From a virus (taxonomy: Duplodnaviria > Caudoviricetes), in the IMG/VR virus record IMGVR_UViG_3300048849_000153, positions 1-33,599 of that record: a stretch of DNA of 33,599 bases. One strand, 5' to 3'. The translations under genes and the position numbers were made by a program. Positions 1-7,269 of the stretch are shown here, one piece after another (within the stretch, counting starts at the first letter, position 1; each line of letters opens with the position of its first letter). The notes beneath the pieces are model-generated. The model was given only the letters and a program-made list of their open reading frames with translations. It was not told the DNA's origin and made no database searches.

Positions 1-776
1 AGCGGGCGGTATCCGATCGTCAGGGCCACCGGGCCGTACATCGCCGTCGGGGGCGCCGGGTTGGTGCCGGACGTCGGCACCGGGAACGTGTTCCACGACA
101 GCGACTCGCCGGCCTCGAGCGTGACCCCGGCCAGGATCGCCGAGGAGAACACCCACGGGATCCGCGCTGCGATCGCGGTGCCCGCGGGGACCAGTCCCGT
201 CGAGCCCGGCTGCGCGGGCGTGGTCGGGCTCGTGACCGCGTTCAGCCGGGTGGACTTCTGCGCGACCAGCGTCGTGGTGGCGTTGTCCGCGGAGTGCTTG
301 CGCAGCTCGACCAGCCAGTACGAGGAGTCGGACAGGCCGGCGTTCCCGGTCGAGGACCACATCAGCATCGCGACGCGCTGGATCGCCAGCCGGAACGGCG
401 CGGAGAACAGCGGCACCGACTGGGTTGAGGTGTTCGGCCAGGTCGTCGTCGCGCCGGTCTGGATGTGCGTGGTGAAGCACAGGTCCTCGGTGGAAGCCGT
501 CTGCTCCTGCAGCTCGGCCAGGCCCACGAGGGTGGCGAACCGCGCGTCGAGCTGCTCGCGCACCGCGGAGCCGCCGTCGGCGATGTAGCCGGCGACGGCG
601 TCCGCGCCCGGGGCGGCCGCGGCCTCCGCGTACTGCTGGGCGAGGTTCGCGAACTCCTGCGCCGTCCCGGCCAGCCACGCCAGCCAGGCGTCGTGCCGCT
701 TGAGGTTCTCCGCGGTGATGGGGGTGGCGGTGGACGGTGCGTCCTGCCAGTCGACCGGGACGGGCTGCTCACTCAC
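1..776 (-). CDS. Putative tail fibre/minor tail protein, 3' end just outside the window (absent from ORF track)
   Basis: GTG at 776 with RBS GAGGAGG; open frame MSEQPVPVDWQDAPSTATPITAENLKRH...GPVALTIGYRP with GC-rich third positions; N-terminal WxDxPSTxTPITAENL motif is typical of phage tail proteins. Confidence 0.75.
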   Translation of the reverse strand, partial: MSEQPVPVDWQDAPSTATPITAENLKRHDAWLAWLAGTAQEFANLAQQYAEAAAAPGADAVAGYIADGGSAVREQLDARFATLVGLAELQEQTASTEDLCFTTHIQTGATTTWPNTSTQSVPLFSAPFRLAIQRVAMLMWSSTGNAGLSDSSYWLVELRKHSADNATTTLVAQKSTRLNAVTSPTTPAQPGSTGLVPAGTAIAARIPWVFSSAILAGVTLEAGESLSWNTFPVPTSGTNPAPPTAMYGPVALTIGYRP

Positions 777-816
777 CGGGTGCCTCCTCGGGCTCGTCGT
801 GGGTGTTGGCGGACGG

Positions 817-1275
817 TCAGGCGCGGGGCTGGTCGTCCGGGACGGCGAACTCGTCCGTGCTGTCGTAGGTCGGCACGCCGGCGGCGTTCGCCGGCAGGAC
901 GCCGTCGTGGTGCTGCCCGTCGATGGTCGTGACCACGGCGGCGCCTTCGGGGGTGGTCTTCGCGTAGGTCGGCGCGGCGGCGGACCCGAGCACCAGGCGC
1001 GTCAGCCAGTCCGGGAGGTGCGGCTCGATCCAGCGGGCCAGGGCGTACCAGAGCGCGATCGCCGCGGTGACGAGCAGCGCGACGACGACGTCGGAGGACA
1101 GCAGCGTGGACAGCGCCTCGCCGACGTCGCCGGGCAGCAGGGGCAGGGCCCACGCGAGCACGGAGGCGACGACGGTGCCCCACAGCGCGGGGATGGCGGT
1201 GCGCAGGATCGACGCGCCGCGGTCCCCCAGGGACGTGGCGCCGGTGGCGGGCGTGGCGGCGGGCAGGTGGGTCAT
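817..1275 (-). CDS. Holin-like membrane protein
   Basis: Two hydrophobic segments (ILRTAIPALWGTVVASVLAWAL; VVVALLVTAAIALWYALARW); directly follows endolysin. Confidence 0.75.
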   Translation of the reverse strand: MTHLPAATPATGATSLGDRGASILRTAIPALWGTVVASVLAWALPLLPGDVGEALSTLLSSDVVVALLVTAAIALWYALARWIEPHLPDWLTRLVLGSAAAPTYAKTTPEGAAVVTTIDGQHHDGVLPANAAGVPTYDSTDEFAVPDDQPRA

Positions 1276-1284
1276 CGGTGCTCC

Positions 1285-2187
1285 TCAGGCGGTGGTGGAC
1301 TGGGCGGTGCGGCGCTGGGCCGCGGGCAGGGCCGCGATCGCGGCCTCCTGCTGGGCGAGGGTCTGGCCGTTCACGACGGCCATCACCCGGGACAGCAGCT
1401 GCGTCGTGCTCGGCGGCTCGCCGACGTGGCGCAGGTAGTACCCGGTGATCGCGGCCTCCGCGGCCTCGATCTCCTTGAGGCGGGTGCCGATGCGGGCCTG
1501 CTCCTGGCGGCCGGCGAGCACGGACCTCGCGATCTCGACCACCGCCTCCTGCAGGTCGCCGACGGCGGCCTGGGTGTTCGCGGCCATCTGGTGGGCCTCG
1601 GCGAGCTGCTTCGCCTGGTTGGCGTCCAAGTCGGGCTCCTCGATCGGGGTGGGCGGGGTGACGGTCGGGACGCCGGGGACGGCGTCGAGGTCGAACAGGC
1701 CGTTGGCGACCAGGTGCGCGGTGCCGACGTCGACCCAGTGCCAGGGCTCGCCGATGCGGCTGCCCTCGGTGTTGGTCCAGCCGTACCGGGCGGCGACCGC
1801 GGCGAACTGCCGGTAGCGCAGACCGTCGAACCCGCCCAGGCCGGTGACGTCGACCGCGCACGCCCAGCCGTGGTTCGACCAGCCCGGCACCGCGGCGGTC
1901 GCCATGCCGCGCCGCAGCCAGTACGTGACGCCGTTCCACGTCTTCGTCGGCCGGCCCGCCAGGTACTCCCGGGTGTACCGGCGCTGGAAGGTCTCGAGCT
2001 GGGCGTAGTAGTTCCCCGAGTACGGCCGGTAGGAGTCCAGCGGCCCGGTCGGCGTCGGCGTCCAGCCGTGCAGCCGGTACACCTCCGCGCAGATCGCCAG
2101 CCACGTCAGCGCGACCGCGGCCAGCAGGCGCCCGCCGCCGGGGATCGTCGTCAGCGCGGAGTCGGGGATGCGGCCGTTGCTGTACAC
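1285..2187 (-). CDS. Endolysin, M15 (VanY/D-Ala-D-Ala-type) Zn peptidase
   Basis: Motifs SYRP..Q, AAVPGWSNHGWACAVD, YGW, GEPWHW; Pro/Thr linker then helical C-terminus. Confidence 0.92.
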   Translation of the reverse strand: MYSNGRIPDSALTTIPGGGRLLAAVALTWLAICAEVYRLHGWTPTPTGPLDSYRPYSGNYYAQLETFQRRYTREYLAGRPTKTWNGVTYWLRRGMATAAVPGWSNHGWACAVDVTGLGGFDGLRYRQFAAVAARYGWTNTEGSRIGEPWHWVDVGTAHLVANGLFDLDAVPGVPTVTPPTPIEEPDLDANQAKQLAEAHQMAANTQAAVGDLQEAVVEIARSVLAGRQEQARIGTRLKEIEAAEAAITGYYLRHVGEPPSTTQLLSRVMAVVNGQTLAQQEAAIAALPAAQRRTAQSTTA

Positions 2188-2196
2188 GGGGGCTCC

Positions 2197-2460
2197 TCAG
2201 GTGGTCAGGCCGTCGGGCCAGGGGCGGACGTCCTCGCCGGACTCGTCGAGGTCGTTGCGTAGGGCGTGGACGTAGTCGGTGAGGATGCGGTTCTCGCGTC
2301 GGAGCGCGGCCACCTCGGCGCGCAGGCCCTTCACGTCGTCGCGGAGGTTGGTGTCGCGGTGGGAACGCAGAGCGAAGACTCCCGTCAGGAAGGCGACGGC
2401 GAGGCCGAACGCACCGGTCACGACCGCGATCAGCAGACCGGGGTCAGGGGTGCCGTTCAC
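2197..2460 (-). CDS. Lysis-module membrane protein (1 TM + coiled coil)
   Basis: GTG 2460 overlaps upstream stop; LLIAVVTGAFGLAVAFLTGVFAL followed by LRDDVKGLRAEVAALRRENRIL. Confidence 0.75.
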   Translation of the reverse strand: MNGTPDPGLLIAVVTGAFGLAVAFLTGVFALRSHRDTNLRDDVKGLRAEVAALRRENRILTDYVHALRNDLDESGEDVRPWPDGLTT

Positions 2461-2891
2461 CGGGTGCCCTCTCCGGGGTTCACCAGCCGGGCGGCGGCGG
2501 TGATGAGGCCAGCGATGGCGGCGTAGGCGGCGGCGAGGACCCACTGCCGCGACGGGTCCGCGTCGAACAGCCACCCCAGCAGGTAGGTCCCCGCCCACAG
2601 CAGCGTGATGCCCGCCGTGACCCCGAAGGCGAGCGCGTCGATCCCGACCCGCACGGACCTGTTCGGGCGGCGGAACGCCCCAGCGACGCACAGGACCATC
2701 CCGACCGCCCAGATGCCCGCGTACACGGACAGCGGCACGGTCTCGCCCAGCAGGTCTAGCCCGACGGGCAGGACGACCCCGGAGGTGCCGGGCGGCAGGC
2801 AGGACACCACGTGCGCGGCGCAGAACGCGGCCCCGAACAGCAGCACGCTTCCACGCGGGCCGTTGAGTCGGCGAACGATCCGGTCGGGCAT
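2457..2891 (-). CDS. Lysis-module multi-pass membrane protein (~4 TM)
   Basis: 144 aa, four hydrophobic stretches, first gene of lysis cluster. Confidence 0.8.
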   Translation of the reverse strand: MPDRIVRRLNGPRGSVLLFGAAFCAAHVVSCLPPGTSGVVLPVGLDLLGETVPLSVYAGIWAVGMVLCVAGAFRRPNRSVRVGIDALAFGVTAGITLLWAGTYLLGWLFDADPSRQWVLAAAYAAIAGLITAAARLVNPGEGTR

Positions 2892-2935
2892 GGAGTTCCC
2901 CCTGTTGGTGGAGCCGGGATGTCGGTGGTGCGCCG

Positions 2936-2941
2936 TACGAT
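2936..2941 (+). promoter_or_regulatory. -10 box (TACGAT) of a probable leaderless promoter
   Basis: TANNNT hexamer 7 nt before ATG 2949; no SD in between. Confidence 0.55.
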
Positions 2942-2948
2942 CGGCGCC

Positions 2949-3368
2949 ATGCAGATCAGGGGGATGGTTCTGGGCGCCGCCGGCACGGTCGCGGTGCTCC
3001 TAGCGGGCGGGACGGCGATCGCGATCGCCAACGCCGACGACTCGGCGCCGGCACCAGAGCCGACGGTGACCGTCGCCCCGTCGCCGACGGTCACGCCGAC
3101 GCCGACCCCCACCCCCGAGCCGGTCGTGGTCACGCCCGCGCCGGCGCCCGTCGAGGAGGCACCTGTGGCCGTCGATCCCGCCCCTGCACCCGTCGTGGAG
3201 CCCGCGCCGGTGGACCCCGCCCCGGCGCCGCCGGCGGGCGGCCCCGCCGAGGCGCCCGCCCCGGCCCCGGTGGACCCGAACGTCCTCGTCAACGGCCAGC
3301 CGGCCGGGTCCGGCTCCGGCCCCGCCGACGGCTACTCGGACGAGAACGGCAACTGGGTCACGCCCTGA
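2949..3368 (+). CDS. Pro/Thr-rich secreted or membrane-anchored accessory protein
   Basis: N-terminal hydrophobic signal-like segment ending ANA, then (PT)n and PAPAP repeats; opposite strand to the late operon. Confidence 0.8.
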   Translation: MQIRGMVLGAAGTVAVLLAGGTAIAIANADDSAPAPEPTVTVAPSPTVTPTPTPTPEPVVVTPAPAPVEEAPVAVDPAPAPVVEPAPVDPAPAPPAGGPAEAPAPAPVDPNVLVNGQPAGSGSGPADGYSDENGNWVTP

Positions 3369-3371
3369 CCT

Positions 3372-4163
3372 TCAGCGGAACCAGGTCACCGTCCCGCTGA
3401 CGCGAGCTAGGTTCCCCGAGTCGGCGCCCCACGGCTGGGACGTCGCCACCTGGCAGGCCGCGGTGACGGCGTCCCCTGGCGTCAGGTTGTTCAGCAGGAC
3501 GCTCATGTTGGTGGACTCCGCGCCATAGGACAACGCGCTGATCTGCGGCACGATGCCCTCGTTGCCCGCTACGCCCTGGATCATGGGGCGCACCATCAGG
3601 AAGCCGCTCGCGCCGCTCGTGTTGGTCACCCGGGCGTACCCGTTCGCGCTCACGATGGCCTTGGTGAAGCCCGCGGGAACGACGATCGAGCTCGTGCCCT
3701 TCGTCTCCCACGTGAACGCGCCGGTGGCGAAGCCCGCGCCGCTGCCGCTGAACGCCGCAGGCAGGACCGGGTTGGCGAGCGCCGCGTTGCCGACGATCCC
3801 GCCACCGAGGGTGATCGTGTAGACCTCGAGCCCGGTAGGCGTCAGCCGCCAACCCGACACGCCCGGGACGAAGTTCTCGGACTGCAGCAGCCCCGTGACG
3901 ACGCCGTCACCGCCGAGCTCCAGGTCGGCGAGAAGCCGCGCCTGGCCGGTCGCGGTCAGGTCGCCCTCGACGCGCAGGCTGCGGCTGACCGTCATCAGCG
4001 CGTCGCTGATCGTGATCCCCGCGGACCGCAGCAGGTTGCGGGCGTTCTCCCGCGCCTGTTCCGCGATGCGCCGCAGCGTGGCCGCCGTGGCGTCCGCAGG
4101 GCTGGCCGGCACCGCCGGGAACTGCTGAGCCGACGGTGGTGTAGTGGACCAGTCGTTGCTCAC
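3372..4163 (-). CDS. Minor tail protein
   Basis: GTG 4163 overlaps upstream stop; LQSENFVPGVSGWRL motif of tail-tip proteins; beta-rich C-terminus. Confidence 0.8.
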   Translation of the reverse strand: MSNDWSTTPPSAQQFPAVPASPADATAATLRRIAEQARENARNLLRSAGITISDALMTVSRSLRVEGDLTATGQARLLADLELGGDGVVTGLLQSENFVPGVSGWRLTPTGLEVYTITLGGGIVGNAALANPVLPAAFSGSGAGFATGAFTWETKGTSSIVVPAGFTKAIVSANGYARVTNTSGASGFLMVRPMIQGVAGNEGIVPQISALSYGAESTNMSVLLNNLTPGDAVTAACQVATSQPWGADSGNLARVSGTVTWFR

Positions 4164-5407
4164 CGGGCCTCCATCGTGGGCATGCAGGTGACGTCGACGA
4201 ACTCGTCGACGTTGCCCCGGACCGTCATGATCCGGGCCCGGTAGTGCTGGCCGCCGCCGAGCGTGAGCCCCAGGTACGGGTGGTTCTTCGGCACCCACAC
4301 CCGGCTGAAGTCGCCGGGCCGGTACGTGCCGAGCCGAGGGCTCTGGTCAGCGCGTGCCCGGAACGACCACGTCTGCCACGGCCGGGCGGCGGCCGCGAGG
4401 TCGCCGCGGGCCCAGGCGTCGAGGGTCCGCTGCTCCTCGACGGTGGACCGCTGGTCGATCGACTCGAGCAGCGGCCAGCCGCGGTCGGTCAGGGTCGGGT
4501 CCGTGGCGTAGGCCATGAGCAGCGCCTCGTCGATGCCGGCGCCGGTCTCCCACGCCCGGCTGGCGACCTTGGTGGCGTCCCGGCGCACGGAGATCCCCGA
4601 CAGGCCCCCGCGCGGGACGATCGCGTCCCAGACGTGGTCGTCGCCGGCCTGGTGCAGCAGCGGGTCGGCGTTCGTGCCGGTGCGCATGTTCCACCGGACG
4701 CCCTGCCGGTCCGGGGTCAGGTACGGGTCGAACGAGATGTCGGGGCCGTCCTGCACGCCGGACAGCTGGTCCAGTCGGGACAGCACGGTCGCGATCTCGT
4801 TGCCCTTGTACGTGCGCTCGTGCTCGCCGGCCTCGTCGTCCTGGAAGTCGATCGGCAGGGCGCCGCCGGTGAACGCCTGCGCTTGCGCGACGAGCCGCTT
4901 CGCGATCGTGCCCAGCGACAGGCCCCCGTAGGTGACCTGCCAGCGGGCCGGCTTGCCGCCCGGCCAGGACGCCAGGAGACCGATGACCGCGCGGTGGTCG
5001 AAGATCGAGCGCATCGACCCGGCGCGCACGGTCAGGACCCCGCGGTCGTCGTTGTAGTCGTGCCACCAGATCGGGCCCGCCTCGAGGACGGTGTCGCCCT
5101 CGAGGACGGCCAGGAAGCAGCGCGCCGGCTCGACGGCGGCGAGCAGCTCGGGCCGGATCCCCTGGCCGAGTCGCCACAGGGGCGTGGCCTGCTCGGGGAA
5201 GGTGGCCGGGCCCGGGAACAGGGCGCTGTTCGGGTACTTGCCGCCCAGCCAGCGCTGCTCGAGCATGCGGAACTCCGCGGCCCGCAGCGGGATGTCGATC
5301 GACACCTCGCCGGTCGTCTTGTGGCCGGTCGACCACGGGCCGTTCAGGACGGGGATCTGGGTGATGCGGCGCCCGGTGCGCACGTCACCTACGAGGTAGG
5401 AGCGCAC
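4160..5407 (-). CDS. Minor tail (tail tip/hub) protein
   Basis: 415 aa; position after Dit; AGPIW, GPDISFDP and TYRPGD motifs typical of actinophage minor tail proteins. Confidence 0.85.
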   Translation of the reverse strand: MRSYLVGDVRTGRRITQIPVLNGPWSTGHKTTGEVSIDIPLRAAEFRMLEQRWLGGKYPNSALFPGPATFPEQATPLWRLGQGIRPELLAAVEPARCFLAVLEGDTVLEAGPIWWHDYNDDRGVLTVRAGSMRSIFDHRAVIGLLASWPGGKPARWQVTYGGLSLGTIAKRLVAQAQAFTGGALPIDFQDDEAGEHERTYKGNEIATVLSRLDQLSGVQDGPDISFDPYLTPDRQGVRWNMRTGTNADPLLHQAGDDHVWDAIVPRGGLSGISVRRDATKVASRAWETGAGIDEALLMAYATDPTLTDRGWPLLESIDQRSTVEEQRTLDAWARGDLAAAARPWQTWSFRARADQSPRLGTYRPGDFSRVWVPKNHPYLGLTLGGGQHYRARIMTVRGNVDEFVDVTCMPTMEAR

Positions 5408-5408
5408 G

Positions 5409-6380
5409 TCAGGCCGCGTCCTCGTAGACGGTGATCGTCGCGTCGGCGGACACCGTGGCCGACCCGGACGCGGCGACGCCGGTGGCGTTGACCCGCTGCA
5501 CCGTCAGGTACAGGGTCGTGGACTGCCCGACCGGGACCGCCGCGGGGGTCTCCGTCGCCGGGACCGTGGTGCCGCGGGCGGTCTGGGTCATGTGGACGTA
5601 CCACGCGGCGATCTGCGTGGCGGCCGTGAAGTTCGTCTGCGACGTGCGCAGCCGCACCAGGTACAGCCCGTTCACGGGGGTGCCGCTGGTCGGCTCGAGC
5701 CGCAGCGCGGCGTTCACGGCGACCTGCCCCGACGGGGAGACGAACGCGCCCGAGGAGAAGATCGCGGCCTCGTCCGCGCCGGCGGCGCCGGTCGCCGACT
5801 CCGGCCGGGTCGAGCGCGCGAGCCGGTACTTCCCGGTCCGCGGCAGGACGACCTGCGCGGTCTGCTCGATCGCGTTGCCGGCGGACGCCGTCGACGTCGT
5901 GGACGACCCGCCGGTCATCGTGTTGCGGCCCAGCTCGATGGCGCCCGCGGGGATCGACGGCGCGGACGGCAGGCTCGCGGGCGTGCCCGACGCGACGCCG
6001 AACACCGGCTGGGAAGTGGTGTCGCCGTTCTCGCTGTTCGTCGGGTGCCGCACCCAGATGATGTCGATGCGGGACAGCCCCGCGGCCGGCTTCTCCGGGA
6101 CGGTGCTGCCGACACCAGTCGCGCCGACGGTCACCGTGCCGTCGTTGCTGAACAGCTGCATGCCGTCGGACTGCGACAGCTGGGTGACGAAGTGCTTGCG
6201 CCCCACCGAGTACGCCCAGCCGCTCGTCCCCGCGACCAGCGGCGTCGCACCGCCCGGCAGCACGCCCGGGCGGGAGAACAGACCCGCGAGCGCGAGGCGC
6301 ACGTCGCGCGGGGTGGTCCCGGCGCCGGGCGCCTCGGCGGTGCCGTCGTCGTAGGCCCCGAGGCCGCGGGACAGCGTCAT
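5409..6380 (-). CDS. Minor tail protein
   Basis: SRIDIIW...GTPASLPSAPSIPAGAIELG motif common in actinophage tail proteins. Confidence 0.85.
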   Translation of the reverse strand: MTLSRGLGAYDDGTAEAPGAGTTPRDVRLALAGLFSRPGVLPGGATPLVAGTSGWAYSVGRKHFVTQLSQSDGMQLFSNDGTVTVGATGVGSTVPEKPAAGLSRIDIIWVRHPTNSENGDTTSQPVFGVASGTPASLPSAPSIPAGAIELGRNTMTGGSSTTSTASAGNAIEQTAQVVLPRTGKYRLARSTRPESATGAAGADEAAIFSSGAFVSPSGQVAVNAALRLEPTSGTPVNGLYLVRLRTSQTNFTAATQIAAWYVHMTQTARGTTVPATETPAAVPVGQSTTLYLTVQRVNATGVAASGSATVSADATITVYEDAA

Positions 6381-6384
6381 CTGG

Positions 6385-7269
6385 TCACCACCATCCTGGC
6401 CGGGTCACGGCCGTCAGCTCTGCGTCGGTGATCGCCCCGCGCGGCACGAACTCGATCTCGAGGGACCCGCGGCGCGGGACCCAGAAGGCGTCCCAGTCGC
6501 GGACCGTCAGGCGGCCGGCGCGGTCGCCGTCGCCGTCCAGGACGACGTTGCCGGTGGCGGTGTCGATCACCAGGACCGACGTCGCGGAGAACGCGTCCTC
6601 GAACCGCAGCCGCTTGCCCGTGCCGACCGCGACGACGTCGAAACCCTCGACGGGCACGGGCCCGGTGACCTGCAGCAGCGGGTACAGGGTCGCGCTGCCG
6701 GGGTTGGTGAGCGTGACCCGGCCGGACGTGGCCCGGGGCCCGAACGTCAGCACGCCGGTCCACACGCCCTGGCGGTTCGTGAACAGCGGGAACCGCAGCC
6801 CGCCGGGCGAGCGCGGGAAGGCGGTCGTGACCGCCGTTGGGTCGCCGTAGCGGACCGGGTCCGGGCACACCCACTCCGCGGCCCAGTCGAACCAGCCGGC
6901 GCCCCACGCCGTGGACGTCGGGGCGTACCGCAGGAGCCGTGCGCCCGCGGTGAGCGCCCGGCCGCCGTGCGTGACCCGCAGGTCGGACGGCGGCGCCTCG
7001 ATCTCCGCGGGCACGAACGTCTCACCCAGCAGCGCGAGGACCGCATCGCGCTCCTGCGGGCTGCCGGCGCGACCCGAGACCGTCACGCGGCGGGCGTTGC
7101 CCAGCACCGCGCTGTCGAACGCGCCGTGCGAGGTGGGCCGGTCGGTCATGCTCGACCGGCCGTCCCACCCCTCCCACCCGGTCAGGGTCCGGAACGTCGT
7201 CCGGCCGAACGCGCGGGTGCCGTAGAGGGTCAGGCCCTCCCACTCGATCGTGGTCTCCGGCAGGACCAT
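6385..7269 (-). CDS. Distal tail protein (Dit)-like
   Basis: Directly after tape measure (TGATG overlap); LTGWEG, RPTSHGAF, CPDPVRYG, TNPGSA..P...VTGP motifs. Confidence 0.85.
   Translation of the reverse strand: MVLPETTIEWEGLTLYGTRAFGRTTFRTLTGWEGWDGRSSMTDRPTSHGAFDSAVLGNARRVTVSGRAGSPQERDAVLALLGETFVPAEIEAPPSDLRVTHGGRALTAGARLLRYAPTSTAWGAGWFDWAAEWVCPDPVRYGDPTAVTTAFPRSPGGLRFPLFTNRQGVWTGVLTFGPRATSGRVTLTNPGSATLYPLLQVTGPVPVEGFDVVAVGTGKRLRFEDAFSATSVLVIDTATGNVVLDGDGDRAGRLTVRDWDAFWVPRRGSLEIEFVPRGAITDAELTAVTRPGWW

Noticed and set aside
700-2262. 520-aa + strand ORF
   Set aside because: Antisense shadow of holin/endolysin; Arg/Gly-rich with no motifs
3050-3290. Tandem DNA repeats as a regulatory array
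   Set aside because: Degenerate at third codon positions; explained by Pro-rich protein repeats
1-6380. Diversity-generating retroelement or invertible tail-fibre cassette
   Set aside because: No reverse transcriptase, invertase, or duplicated TR/VR segment seen
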